DNA of 64,000 nt from Octopus sinensis (Eukaryota), in the NCBI RefSeq assembly GCF_006345805.1, contig NC_043001.1, positions 117,366,001 through 117,430,000 of the forward strand. Reading direction: 5' to 3'. Of the stretch, positions 1 through 15,027 are shown piece by piece. The notes below the pieces were generated by a model, which was not told where the DNA came from, did no database searches, and was given only the letters and a program-made list of their open reading frames with translations. Both the position numbers and the translations under genes were made by a program. Each line of letters starts with the position of its first letter. Within the stretch, counting starts at the first letter, position 1.

Positions 1-663
1 ACATACATACATACATACACACACACACATACATACATACATACATACATACATACATACATACATACATACATACATGCACACACATACATGCGCGCGC
101 ACACACACATATATGAGTGTGTGTGTGCGGGGGGTGCTATACAAGAAGTTGGAAAAATTTACTAGGAAGGCCGTCACAATGATGGGAAGTCAATTTAACA
201 AAACAATTTGGGCCAAGATGGAACAAAATGGCGCAGTCATTGGAAGCACATTGTGATCAGCGATGTGTAACATTTAATAATGTCACAGTGATATGTGTGT
301 GCGTGTGTGTGTGTGCACTTATATAAAACAGTAGGTCGTGTTTGGGGGCGATTTGTCTGCTACTTCTGTCAGATCTAGCTAGAACATAGAGAGCTCCTGT
401 ATTGGGCCATACATATAAACATTTGAAAAAATATGAAATGATTTGAAGCAAATTTGACTGCTAATTCTAGTCAAATTGGGAGTTTCTTTATTTTCGTATC
501 TCCCTCCCTTTATGACGCTTGTTTCAATACATGATGCACTTGTATGGTGTCATTGTAAGTGGAAGATCTAATGTTTCTTTCTTTCTTTTTTATGCACAGG
601 TGGAATCTACGGAGTTCAAAAGTTCGAAATTCAATGACTTCAGAAAAAAAAATTGCCTGCCAA

Positions 664-2648
664 ACGAGGGAGAGGTAAAAATATAAATATCAAAAAGTTC
701 CCGGAGTAGGTATGGTTAATAAAAAAAAAACAACGTATTCACTTATAAGTTTTAACATCATTTCCTTCGAAATAGTTACTTTACGCAGCAATACACCGGT
801 GCCAGCGTTCCTGCCACTTTTGGAATCCGCCAGGAAGTCGTTTGCCGTAAGTGAGTCAACCTTCTTATTTCTTTACTACCCACAAGGGGCTAAACACAGA
901 GGAGGACAAACAAGGACAGACAAACGGATTAAGTCGATTATATCGATCCCAGTGCGTAACTGGTACTTAATTTATCGAACCCGAAAGAATGAAAGACAAA
1001 GTCGACCTCGGCGGAATTTGAATTCAGAACGTAGCAGCAGATGAAATACCTATTTCTTTACTGTCCACAAGGGGTTAAACACAGAGGGGACAAACAAGAA
1101 TAGAAAAACGCATTAAGTCGATTATATCGACCCCAGTGCGTAACTGGTACTTAATTTATCGACCCCGAAGGGGTGAAAGGCAAAGTCAACCTCGGCGGAA
1201 TTTGAACTCAGAACATAACGGCAGACGAAAATACCTATTTCTTTACTACCCACAAGGAGCTAAACACAGAGGGAACAAACAAGGACAGACAAACGGATTA
1301 AGTCGATTATATCGATCCCAATGCGTAACTGGTACTTATTTAATCGAAAGGCAAAGTTGACCTCGGCGGAATTTGAACTCAGAACGTAGCGGCAGACGAA
1401 ACGCCGCAAAGCATTTCGCCCGGCGTGCTAACGTTTCTGCCAGCTCGCCGCCTATGAGTCGACCTTCTGTCGTCGACTTTCTGTCGACGAAGTGAGTCGA
1501 CCTTCTGTCCGTAAGTAAGTGACCTTCTGCGATTTGCTCTGGACCCGACAACAGTGTTTAAACGGCAAGCTTTGAGCTCCATTTTCATCTCGGGGAAGCG
1601 ATGGAAGTCCGCAGGTGTTAAATCTGGTGAATAAGATGGGTGCGGAAGCGATGCCATATTGTTTTGGCGAGAAATTCACGAGTGAGGAGAGCTCGGTGAC
1701 GGTGCATTGTCAGCGTGAAGAATTTAATTCTTCGCGCTGATCAGATCCGGTCGCTTTCACCGAATTTCCTCCCGCAAATGCTTCAAAAGGTCGCAGTAGA
1801 ACTCTCGATTGACAGTCTGGACCTGGGAGACGAATTCTCGATGCACGATATAGCAGATATGGAAAAAAAAAACGATGAGCATGCCCTTGATTGAGCTGTG
1901 GCTCTGTTGTGCCTTCTTCAGTCGTGGAGACCAAAATTTCTTCCACTGTGACGACTGCTGCTCCGTCTCAGGGTCGTACCCGTCAACCCAGCTCTCGTCA
2001 CTGGTGATGATCCTCGACGTGAAGGGTGGGTGATCAGCGGCACGCTGGCGGAGATCTTGAAAGATTTCAACGCAATGTTCTTTCTGCTCAGTAGTCGCAG
2101 GCGGGGCCAAATTTAGCAGGGACACGCCATATGTTCAGTTCAGATGTTAGAATTGTCTGCATGGACCCATAAAACAGATCAACAACATCAGAAATGTCAT
2201 TGATTCTCCTCCGACGATCCTCGTGCACAAGCTGATGAATTTTCCCCATATTTCCGTGGGGTGACGCTCGTGACAGGTTTTCCAGATAGTTCCTCGTTTT
2301 CCAGGGACGTTCTTCCGCTTTTGAATCGCTTACACCTCTCGAAACATTGCGCACTACCCAATACCCCGTCGCCGTAATCTTGCATGCTCAATGTCTCTGT
2401 AGCAGACTTCCCAAGTTTAACGCAAAATTTTGGCTTTTTGTTCCAATTTCCTGTCCATGACAAAATCCCAGACCACATGTGATCACAAATACACAAATTT
2501 CGCAATTTGCGAAGAAGTAAACACAGCGATGTCACTCGGCACTCTGCCTCATGAAGGTCACTGCCAGCTCTCACTGTGCACACAACTGTGTGCTGCCATC
2601 TATTGTCACGCTACAGAACTAGTCCGAGAACTTTTTTATACCACTTTG
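664..2648 (-). mobile_element. Decayed mariner (DD34D, irritans-like) transposon interrupted by a SINE trimer
   Basis: Frame-broken transposase: [65 protein letters not shown]-like aaaaagttcccgga / tccgagaactttttt at the two ends. Confidence 0.85.
866..1454 (-). mobile_element. tRNA-derived SINE family A: one head plus three tandem bodies
   Basis: Head ggcgagctggcagaaacgttagcacgccgggcgaaa; three ~183-bp bodies; 14-bp TSD TGAGTC(A/G)ACCTTCT at 852-865 and 1455-1468. Confidence 0.85.
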
Positions 2649-2665
2649 AAAGCCTTTCCCATCTC

Positions 2666-2935
<270 letters not shown>

Positions 2936-2965
2936 GTTGATGTACGTTTCTCATTCCTAATCTCA

Positions 2966-3065
2966 NNNNNNNNNNNNNNNNNNNNNNNNNNNNNNNNNNN
3001 NNNNNNNNNNNNNNNNNNNNNNNNNNNNNNNNNNNNNNNNNNNNNNNNNNNNNNNNNNNNNNNNN
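2966..3065. other. Assembly gap (100 N)
   Basis: Run of exactly 100 n. Confidence 1.
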
Positions 3066-3245
3066 AAAGTCCATTTATAGATAATAACTCATAAGAAATC
3101 CATTTAAAATATGACAACTCATGTGAGACAACCTAATATGTAAGTATACATACATTCAGATGTGTGCGTGTGTGTACATATGTATAAATACATTCATTCA
3201 GACATATACACTTGCATATATCATGCATACACACACGGACATGTA

Positions 3246-3303
<58 letters not shown>

Positions 3304-5629
3304 TAGAGAGAGAGAGACAAAGAGGAGGAAGAGCGAGCAGTAAAAGCCGAACTCAACGTGTTAAAATGGCCGTTGCTTTTAAAATATAAATAAAATAAAA
3401 ACAAACGGACTTTTCTCCTTGGTACGAAAATGATGAAAGGCGGGTAAAATAAATGAAGTCTATTTTATCATATACTAGCACCATGACCCGGCCACAGTCA
3501 AAATGACTGAAATAAATAGAAGAGTATATGTATATATATTTCAGGGGAGAGTTTCAGGGAGTCGCTGGCGATGTATCGTGATGATCAAAAATCCGGCCTG
3601 CTAAAATTTGGTTAAAGTGATTCAAACTGCAGACTCAACGCAAAATGGTCACATTTAATTCAAAGCGTTAAAAATGTTATGAAAATAATTGGTATGTGTT
3701 CACAAAGTTCAAACGATTAATACGAAAAAACCCTCCAGGCTACACCCCTAAAATTAATTTCTTTGTCGAATTTCTACAATGTTTACGGTGATTCGTTTTT
3801 ATATCTTGATTTTTTTATTTTTCATGCAATTTACGCATGCTTGCACGCGTGGTGAACACAGTTCACGTCAAACAGCTGAGTAAAGTTTACTATTCAATGC
3901 ATGGGTTAAGGCCTAGACAAACACATTATCGATTTTTGTACTTGCGAGATGAATTTCGGAACAGAAATAGCGCAGTTCAATTTTCATTCGCCTAAACTTT
4001 AAGTGACCCATTTTTGGAGGTTCTACGATTTGTTGGCTCGGAGGAGTTGTGCCGGGAAGTTAAACACACAGAGGGAGGCAAAAACCCTACAGAAACTCAT
4101 TACATCGAATTCACAAAGGGCATATTTAACGGTTGCTGCTGCTGTTCTTGTTATTGTTGTTGATGGTATTGGTGGTGTTGATAGTAATGGTGGCGATAAT
4201 TTTGCACATATTATTGCATAGATTCATATCAACCTTGACTGAGTAGACCACTAATCAAACGTGTTTCCGCCATGATCATACCGTTGTGTAATGAGTATTT
4301 AGGACTACATTGTCTAATATGCCCTCCCCTTTTAAAAGATGGTATGGGTTTAATTTAAGGTAGATCTGGCTGCTATTTCTATCAGATCTAGCGATTGCAT
4401 AGATAGTCCGTTAAATACATAGAGAATCTCTACTTCTACCGAAATATATACGAAAGAAATACTACATCACTGTCCCAATAGCACTGGATAGTAAAGTACA
4501 GTATTGATAATTTATCATTAAGATGTTCTGCCTGCGAGTAAGTGAGCCTCTATATGGTCATTCGACTTGTTAGAAAGTGTAGGCAAATCTCCATAAAATT
4601 ACACTCTGCCATCTTAAATAAAGAATAGTCACACTGGATAACATAATCCAAGATTGTTTCGAAAAGTCGAGATGACCAAAGCTGGAATGCTTTTGCTTAA
4701 GTATACTTGATCAGTACCGACCTAAGCAACAACACCACCACCACCACCACCACCACCACCACTACAAACAACAACAACAACTACAACATCCATATAATTG
4801 GATCAAAATATAAAAAAAGATTCTGACTATGACAAAGAATGACAATACATTTAATAATCATCTTTCAAAGCATGTGATATTATCGAAGTTAAGATATAAG
4901 GATAAGCATTACACAAAGAACCTATCCTAGCTGCAATCGGTAATCCCTGTTCTGGCAAGTAACATGGTATTAGCAGTGGCCACAGATATTTCAGGCTCTA
5001 CGTAACTATATCTGACCAGTGATTGAGTAGTACCATCACGATTAGCATCAATGGTATTTATGTGAAACAGTAGGACTGACCAAAGTAGTGATGGTCTGTG
5101 CCAGTAAATAGGGAGTAGAAAAAGTTCGCTAAGTGGAACGAATTATTTTGTTGTGAAGAAGAAAAGAAGTCCAACGTTTTTGGCGGAATCTTTCGTCAGG
5201 GAGAGATTAAAAGTTTAAAGAAGGTGAAGGGGGAGAAGGAGGAGGAAGAAGAGAAGGAGGAGAAGACAGGTAAGCATGTCAGTTTGGAGAAAGTTGGCAA
5301 AATAATGAGATAATGAATACTGAACTCTTACAAAATATGAAAAAGGGGAGAAAATGGGAGACAAACATTCATGTATTTGATCAAAAGTCGATGAATTTGT
5401 CAGCAAACATAACTAGTATTATAGCACGTTTTAAAATTCTATTTGTATTTTACTTTCGGTGAAATTATGTAAGTTACGTTGGCAACTTTTTAGACTTGAT
5501 CAAAACTATGAAGAAGAGAGAATTAAATGGACACAAGATTTATTTTGTATTCTCATAATTAAGAGGAGGGGACGACAAAAGTTCACTAATATTGGGGTAG
5601 ATGGTGTTTGTCAGCTGAGTACACATACA

Positions 5630-5660
<31 letters not shown>

Positions 5661-5864
5661 CATACATACATACATACATACATACATACATGCATGCATG
5701 CAAATATACATATATACATACATACATACATACATACATACATACATGCATGCATGCATGCAAATATACATATATACAAACATACATACATACATACATA
5801 CATACATGCTTGCATGCATGCATGCATGCATATATATAAATATATGTGCTGTCTGTGTGTGTTT

Positions 5865-5902
<38 letters not shown>

Positions 5903-6024
5903 AGGGGCAGTGAGTGCAGAGTCTCAGGCCCAGGTGCAAATTCTAAGCTCCCAATATCTTCAAACATTTAATTTGTCACGTGATTGGCGATGTTATCGGT
6001 GACTGCCACTCTTTTCCACAAGTA

Positions 6025-6229
6025 CCGTGTTTTCCAGCATACAAGTCGAATTTTTCAGACTAAGATTTACAACTTTCCACTTCTCAAACGTCGACTTATA
6101 CACCAAGACGACTTTGGAAGACCAAAAATTCCATGTGAAATGCAACAGAGTATGGAAAGGTAGTGACGACGTTTGAATGTTTAGGTGTTTACGCAATATA
6201 CTGCGACGATCGTCTGCCGGAAAATACGG
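6025..6229. mobile_element. Tc2/pogo-type MITE
   Basis: TA-CCGTGTTTTCC ... GGAAAATACGG-TA terminal inverted repeats with TA TSD. Confidence 0.65.
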
Positions 6230-6268
6230 TAGCAGCAGATAATTTTGTTTTGTTTCGAGTATTTAAAT

Positions 6269-6561
6269 CAGTGGTTCTCAACAGGAGCCCATGCGACACC
6301 TGGTGGTCCATATAAGATTTTTGCGAGTCCATGCGAGCAAAATAGTAAATTGGTTGGGTACACAGTAACATATTAAGGGTCCATGAAAAAATTTTGGTTT
6401 GGATGTATCTATTGCAAGAATTAGCTAGTTCAACGAAATAGGAATTTTGAAAGAAGTATCTATAAAACTAGTTTTTAATTATCGAGAGGATATGGAGGTC
6501 TACCAGAGTCAAATAGTATTCAAAGGGGTCCTTAGGTAAAAAAAATTGTTGGACATTTCTG
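6269..6561. mobile_element. hAT-type MITE
   Basis: CAGTGGTTCTCAAC start, degenerate inverted end, identical 8-bp TSD ATTTAAAT on both sides. Confidence 0.75.
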
Positions 6562-6994
6562 ATTTAAATCATGTGATTAGCAGCTTTGGTTTGATGGCCG
6601 TACTCTTTCGCAGCTGCTATTTTGATATAGACGTAAAGGTGCATTGAAGATAGTAGTTGTTTAAACAATGTATTTATTAGGTTTCCGAACAATATATTAA
6701 AACAAGTTCGAATCATTCTGAGATCCCTTGATACGAATCTGGATGACAAAGTTTAAGATTAATCCAATTTCAATGTATTTACTTCGATACTTTTTGTGGG
6801 CCCTTGTCGACGCCTGTACAGGGTTCTATGTATGTATGTATGTATGTATGTCTGTATGTATGTATGTATGTATGTTTGTATGTATGTATGTTTGTGTGTA
6901 TGTATGTATGTAAGTATGTATGTTTGTATGTATGTATGTATGTATGTATGTATGTATGTATGTATGTATGTATGTTTGTATGCATGTATGTATG

Positions 6995-7025
<31 letters not shown>

Positions 7026-7959
7026 GTAAGTGTGTATGTTTGTATGTATGTATGTATGTATGTATGTTTGTATGCATGTATGTTTGCACGTATATGTATA
7101 TTTTCAAACTCATATATATATTGCACAGATTTATATACACACACTTACTTACATACTACAACCATCCATCCATGAAGCCAGCCAGTCATACATACATACA
7201 TACATACATACATACATACGCACATACATACATACACACATACATACATACATACATACATACATACAAACATACATACATACACACATACATACATACA
7301 TACATACATACATACATACATACACACATACATACATACATACATACATACATACATACATACATACATACGTACATACGTACATACATACATACATACA
7401 TACATACACACATACATACATACATACATACATATACATACATACATACATACATACATACATACGTACGTACATACATACATACACACATACATACATA
7501 CGTACATACATACATACATACATACATACATACATACACACACACACATACATACATACATACATACATACATACATACATACATACATACATACATACA
7601 TACATACATACATTTTATGTACAAACTGTACACAAGTTGCCTCAAACAATTTGCCCCAAGACCATTGTGAGTCGAACTACATTGTCACTACATTGGGATT
7701 ACAAGAGCGCCACCGTCTCTCTTGTTCACCAGGTACTCTGTAGCAATCTCCTATTCCTCGATTGCAAATGCATATGCTTCAAAGTGTGATGTGATGTAGT
7801 GGTCTTGTGTCCAAGAGAGGCTGTGCTTCGTGTCAATTCTACTGTCTTCTTCAAGCTCCCGGACAACATACCCACGCATAGTCCCTTTATTTATTATTAT
7901 TATTATTATTTTTCTATGCTGAATGATTTCCATCTAGGTCTTCTCTGAAGTAAGAGAAT

Positions 7960-8640
7960 CCAACTGTTTTGGGGCTGTATAGGAAATCATCAGGAAGAGT
8001 GTGCTTTTTGAGAAGTTCACTGCCAACTCATAAAATGTTGCTCACTTCACTTTTCAGGACTGCATAAATATATTTATTTTTGCTGCTGTTGTTTATCAAG
8101 TGCTGCCTGAGTGAAACCATACAACAGTCAAAGGCCGTCTGCACTGATCTCAGATCTCTACCACTTTCATTCCTTTTTAGGTAGAGCCTGTCAACATAAA
8201 CTGTTTCTGTGGAAGTTCCCAGTTGTTGTCAGGATTTTGTGGGTTTTGATATCTATGGAGTGGATTTCCTTACAGACCAATTAAGTTTCCTAAATGTTGG
8301 GATCAGCACTGGTACTGCAAATGCATTGTGGGATATTGTTTTGTTGTAAGAGGAGAGTTCCAACTACCATAGTTTCCTAAGTCTAGTGTAATATTCTCGG
8401 GTCACTCTATCTTTATTCACAGTGCTTCATATGATACATTTTCGTCTATGCCTAGGTACTTGTAACATTCTTTGTATGGAATAGGGGAGATAGAGAGGCC
8501 GTTGATGCACAGGTTTTGGGTCTGGGGGACTGACTGTCCTCGTTCTTTAACCAAGTATGAACATTGCTTTTGGCCAAATTCCATGCTTATATCAGCTGAA
8601 AATGTTGCTATTAATTCCAGTTGTGTTTTGGCATTGTTAA
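7960..8640 (-). mobile_element. R4/Dong-like non-LTR retrotransposon RT C-terminal fragment
   Basis: Minus strand reads CYKYLGIDEN..EYYTRLRK..NAFAVPVL..DRLYLKRNESGR, with frameshifts. Confidence 0.6.
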
Positions 8641-9286
8641 AACTTTTTGAAGACTGCGGAATAAATGATAATCAGATGGGGCAATGTCCGACGAATATGG
8701 TGGGTGGGGCATCGTTTCCCGTTTAAACTGCTTCAGCGTTTGGAATGGCATCCTCGCTCTTTGTAGCCGAGCATTATCCTGATGGAAGAATACCTTTCGT
8801 CTTGAAACCAAAGATGGTCGTTTTTCTTTTATCACTGACTTGAATGACTAGTTGAATGTCCAAATCCAAGTTTTTCGGTTAGTTCCTCAACAGGTACGAT
8901 GGGATTTTGTTCCACTAGGATTTGCAGGACGTCCTCGCGGAGCTCTAAAGGTCTTTCAGGACGTGGCTCGTCTTCTGGTCTGTTGTTTACGCTTATTGTC
9001 CTATCCCCATATACTGCATTAATATTCCTCGCACTTTCCGTTGCGTTGTTGCCTTTATTGAACTCATATATCAAGATATTCCAAAAATGTTCCTTTGTCA
9101 TTCCCATTATAGCTTTGAAAAAAATAACCGTTAAAATCGAACTGCACTCTTCCAAATTAAGAATAAAGAGAAGATAAAATTACTACCTGCTTTTATAGCA
9201 AGTTGATGCAGGTAGTCTATCCCGCCCACCTCCAACATTTTTGTTCATGCAATTGAAAAAACCGCATTATTTATGGGATGACCCAG
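8640..9286 (-). mobile_element. Internally deleted mariner
   Basis: MTKEHFWNILIYEFNKGNNATESARNI, KVFFHQDNAR, HPPYSSDIAPSDYHLFRSLQ; 5' TIR CTGGGTCATCCCATAAATAATGCGG preceded by TA. Confidence 0.85.
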
Positions 9287-10215
9287 TATTTTTAGCGAGT
9301 CAATCGAGCCCTTAGCAGCTTCCTGGTCCAAGAAGCAGTGGCAGCTGTAGACAGATGAGAGTGACTGAGATGTAAATTTCTTTAATAAAGAATAAAAGGT
9401 GTCAGGGAACAGCATTGTTGGCAGATAATTGTAACGTTTCTCATTTTTAATGACTCATCGAAATGCCGATCAAACAAACCAATCATTAAAGACACTCCAA
9501 CCATGACCATCTTCTCTCATACAATCGATTACTTTATCGTCCATCCAGTATTTTACTTTTTTTTACTCTTAAATATGCCAAATCTTTCTTACATTTTAAG
9601 GTTGGTGACACACTTTTGATTCATCAAAAATAAAAAAGGAATGATACACTACATACACACACACATACATACATACATACATACATACATACATACATAC
9701 ATACACACATACATACATACATACACACATACATACATACATACATACATACACACACACATACATACATACATACATACATACACACATACATACATAC
9801 ATACATACATACATACATACATACATGCATGCATACATACATACATACATATACACACACACATACATACATACATACATTCATACATACATACATACAT
9901 ACATACATCCATACGCACATACACACATACATACATACATACATACATACATACAAACATACATACATACATACATACACACACACATACATACATACAT
10001 ACATACATGCATACATACATACATTCATACATACATGCATACAGTACATGCATACATACATAAATACATACATACACACACACATACATACATACATACA
10101 TACATATATACATACATACATACATACACATACATACATACATACACACACACTACATACATACATACATACACACACACATAACATACATACATACATA
10201 CATACATACATACAT

Positions 10216-10248
<33 letters not shown>

Positions 10249-11431
10249 TACATACATACATACATACACACCATACATACATACATACATAATACATACA
10301 TACATAATACATACATACATACACACATACATACTACATACATACATACATACATACATACATACATACATACATACATACACACATACATACATACATT
10401 ACAAATGTGTATGTGTGCGCGTGTGTGTACTGCTTATTTTTTTAAACTGAAACATCACGACTCCGTTAAATCGAACGTGTTGGAATAGATGTGCGGGAGA
10501 GTAAATATCTCTATTACAATATGAAATTAATATTTGGTATTAATCCGAAAATGGTGGGAAGATCGGAGATAAATCACCTTTAATTCGATAATTTAACTAC
10601 TCGCTATAAGGTATTGTCACATACAAGGAAGCCTTTCATTCAGTTGAGGATGAATGTGGCTGCTACATTTAGCTGTTCGATTGGACACGCAGCGTTGATT
10701 CGTTCAGCTTTCTTTAACGATGTTAGTGACAAAAACTGGCCTAAATGAATTTATATTCTCTTTGGCATTAACACGTTATAGCTAGACAGTCTGTTTATTA
10801 TTTAGATTTTCCAACGTGAAATTTTTTTTTAAATATTTTCATTAAATTAATTTTCACATTTCTTCATTTCGGTATCGATAAAATAAAGTATTTGTCAAGT
10901 GCCAGACACATTCTCTCTAAAATTACTCGCCTTGTGTCTCTATATGAGAAACTAATAAATTAATTTTGGGAAGTCGTTTAAACATAAGGGAGGTAATTAT
11001 TTTAAGGGCTACAACTCTGGATGCTTATATGGTTTCAAAATCACTGTGAATTCATTTCTAGAAAAAATACTCTACAAATAATTATTGCTATTTATAAACA
11101 AAGGAGAAGAAAAACAAATTTCCAGTGACTGCATGGTAGTTTTGATTCTCATTGGATAAAAAAACAAAAACTAAGGTCACCATGATGACAGTGTTGATAA
11201 TCTATTATCTTTGCTATTCCCCAAGAAAAATGCAAATGATTATATTTGCAGAACGGTTTTGATGCTTCATACATTTCAGTTAACGATGAGTAAAGTCTGT
11301 GCGGGTGGAAAGGGCTGGAAAATTCCATCAAATGTTTTCAGAAATCATCGATTCCTTAGATAATACGACATGAACTTTGCAAACCTGAAGCAGGAAATAG
11401 CGTTTTGAAAGCTTTTGGATAAGGCGTTCGC

Positions 11432-11466
<35 letters not shown>

Positions 11467-11849
11467 TATATATACATGTGTGTGTGTGTGTCTGCATGTG
11501 CGTATGCACGCATATATGTATATACATACATACATACATACAAATACATGCATACATACATACATACATACATACATACATACATACATACATACATACA
11601 TACATACATACGTACGTACGAACGTACGTGTGTATGTGTGTATGTATGTATTTATATATATACTTATTAATTGATGATATAATCATTAACATGATAATAT
11701 CAGTGGCTAAGCAATAAAAATCGAGCATATCAATAAAATTCATTTTTAAGTATACAATTATAATTAAGGGCTCTTCTAGCGTATAGGCGCTGACATTCCA
11801 GTGCCCTTAATTATAATTATATATTTAAAAATGTATGTATGTATATAAA

Positions 11850-11885
<36 letters not shown>

Positions 11886-11901
11886 ATATATATATCTATA
11901 T

Positions 11902-11938
<37 letters not shown>

Positions 11939-12240
11939 GCCTGTCTTTATGTATGTATGTATGTATGTATGTATGTATGTATGTATGTATGTATGTATAT
12001 GTATATATGTATGTATATTGATGAACAGCGAATCGGTCTCGAGCATGACACATTTTTATTGTGGAGTCATTTATCTACAAGAGGCTTGAAGAGCTTCTCC
12101 ATCATAGGCCCCAAGATGACTACATAACCTCGACTTAGTTTTAAAACGTTTATGAAAAATGCGGCACAAAGTTTCGTGAAGGACTAGCGATATGGATGCG
12201 TCCTTGTGAACCATTGAAATGAAGGTAGACACTTTGAAAC

Positions 12241-12626
12241 ATGGAAGCACTCCGTCGGTTACGACGAGGAGGGTTCCGGTTGATCCAAATCAACGGAACA
12301 GCCTGCTCGTGAAATTAACGTGTAAGTGGCTGAGCACTCCATAGACACGTGTACCCTTAACGTAGTTCTCGAGGATATTCAGCGTGACACAGAGAGTGAC
12401 AAGGCCGGCCCTTTGAAATACAAGGTACAACAGAAACAGGAAGTAAGACTGAGAGAAAGTTGTGGTGAAAGAGTACAGCAGGGATCACCACCATCCCCAG
12501 CCGGAGGCTCGTGGAGCTTTAGGTGTTTTCGCTCAATAAATACTCACAACGCCCGGTCTGGGAATCGAAACCGCGATCCTATGACCGCGAGTCCGCTGCC
12601 CTAACCACTGGGCCATTGCGCCTCCA
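12241..12626 (-). mobile_element. tRNA-derived SINE family C
   Basis: Head ggcgcaatggcccagtggttagggcagc with B-box gtttcgattccc; second copy at ~30090-30380 (-). Confidence 0.8.
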
Positions 12627-13371
12627 CTTCTTTGAAACATACTTGGGTAGGGTTAGTGGAATTAGGTGTATATAAACATCTTATATTTGTATCTAAATTT
12701 GTGATCTCCCAAGAATAACAAGACCAGCTTTTAAGATCGTAATGCGACCACAAACAGTGCAAATGAGACGACTTCAATGTGGAGTTTTCGAGTCTTTTGT
12801 TTCACTGTTTGATGTGAATTCGGTTTTTCTCAAGTTGCAGCCATTGCTTACTGGTTACAAACTGCTATTCCCTTAAAGTCATTGCAAGATCAAAAAAAGT
12901 CATCAAAAAATCCCAAGATTTACTTTTGTGAAGTCGCAAAATCTTTGGTTTGTGATAATGGCGATTACCAAGAACTAATTCCCCACAAGATGAATTAGTT
13001 TCAGAAACCTATTGTCATCGAGGCTTGTGGCATAATCAACCAAATGCATATTATACTTGATAAAGCAACCTTTCTTTTTTACCGAGGTTTTCAGCCTTTT
13101 CATAAACGTAAGTATTCTCTGTGAAGAAAGTTCACCGCGAGAAAACTTTATGGAGAAAATGTATCCATAGTATCTCACCATTAATAGTTCAAAACTATTT
13201 TACTGAAAAACAAAACAAAACAAAACAACAAAAACAAAAAAAAACGTCAATTGATGACGAACCTAACGTACATGATATATACATACACACACACATCTAT
13301 ATATATATATGCATGAATATATACATAAATGCATATACATGAATATATACATATACATACATACATATACA

Positions 13372-13491
<120 letters not shown>

Positions 13492-13699
13492 ATAATAATA
13501 TTAGGGAGTAAATCCAAACTTACAGGGAAAAATTAGATTTAGGATTAAATCTAATTTTACAGTATAAATATATATATTTATATTAAATTATAGATAAAAC
13601 CACTATTAGGCAAATCAAACAGTGAAAAACATAAACCAATAAATAGAAATAAATTAATTAATATAATATACAAAATATACAAAATATAAAATGCCAGAT

Positions 13700-14670
13700 C
13701 TTGGGTGCATCCAGGTGGTTTTATATGTATATTTCTGCTTAAACAGAGAGTTGGTGACAACCAGATTATGACTCGGCTTGTGATGATTTTGGCTTGACCA
13801 TCAACTTGAAGAAAACAGTTGTTATGCATCAACCTGTGTGTGGTGATGTTTGTAACCCCACTAAAATCTTTGTTCAAGTTAAGTTACTTGAGGTTGTCGA
13901 TTCGTTCATCTACTTGGAAGCTCTGTTCAAAATGATAGAAATCTTGATACAGAAATATAGCTGCGAATTCAAAGGGCAGCAAAAACATTTGGTGTCTTGG
14001 AGTCACGCGTTTGGGGCCAGCGACATATAAATAAGAATACAAAGCTGGCTCATTACAAATCATTTGTCTTACCATCCCTGTTGTATTCCTGTGAAACTTG
14101 GACTTGATATGAATGGCATTTTAAATTATTGGAACAATTCCATCAAAATGATTTCATCGCATTTAAAAATTTAAATGGAGTTCTTTTACTCCAAACACAG
14201 ATGTCCTTTCATCTGCAGGCATCACCTCAATTAAAGCTATGATTTTGAGGAACCAAATGAGATGGTGTGACCATATTGTTCGAATGGCAGATGAACGCAT
14301 GCCGAAACAGCTGTTTTATGGCAAGCTTGCAGAGGGGAAACGCTATCGGTGTAAACCTAAGAAAAGGTTTAAGGACGGCATAAGAACTACTATGAAGTCA
14401 CTTGGAATAGACCCAAAAGACATAGAAACCCTTGCTTCGGATAGGGTTGGATGGCGAACAAAAGTGTGGAGTGGAGTGAAAGCATTAGAAGAGGCCAGGA
14501 TAACGCAAGTAAGACTCATTAGAGATCTAAGGAAGAATGTAACGATCGAGAAGGTGAATGACGATGACCTTTTTGTGTGCACAGTCTGTGACAGACAATG
14601 CCTGTCTTTTTCTGGGCTCAAATCTCATCTGCAAACCCATGGAAGACGTACCTCCACCAACTATTCTGCC
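13700..14670 (+). mobile_element. RTE (BovB-like) LINE 3' fragment with C-terminal C2H2 zinc finger
   Basis: LTINLKKTVVMHQP; LRNQMRWCDHIVRMADERMPKQLFYG..KPKKRFKD; CTVCDRQCLSFSGLKSHLQTH. Confidence 0.85.
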
Positions 14671-15027
14671 TATATGAATGTGAATGTGTGAGATTACATG
14701 GATGTGAGTGTGTGTGATCACGTATTTTCCCAAGTATTCTTTTGCATATGAGTATTCATTTATATATATATATTGTCTGGAGACTTTTATTTGCAGTTGA
14801 AGAAATAGCCAAATTTTTGGCTGCTATTTCTGAAAAGTTCGGTGTGTGGTAAAGTGAATTTTTTTAATTTACCATATTTTTATAAATTAATACTTCAAAT
14901 ATACCGTAAATGGTCTTTACATACCGAATACTGCTTGGTCGAATTTATTAACAATTAATTAATTCTACCCCTTTTTTGATGACTATATATATATATATAT
15001 ATATATATAGTATATATATATATATAT

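Larger units (their letters stand above)
5620..12015. repeat. Cluster of long imperfect (CATA)n/(TATG)n arrays (about 5620-5900, 6826-7612, 9645-10398, 11420-11660, 11890-12015)
   Basis: Direct reading; source of the YIHT/MYVC pseudo-ORFs. Confidence 0.95.

Noticed and set aside
12560-12626. tRNA-like A/B boxes here and in other SINE heads
   Set aside because: They continue directly into SINE bodies and no complete cloverleaf was found.
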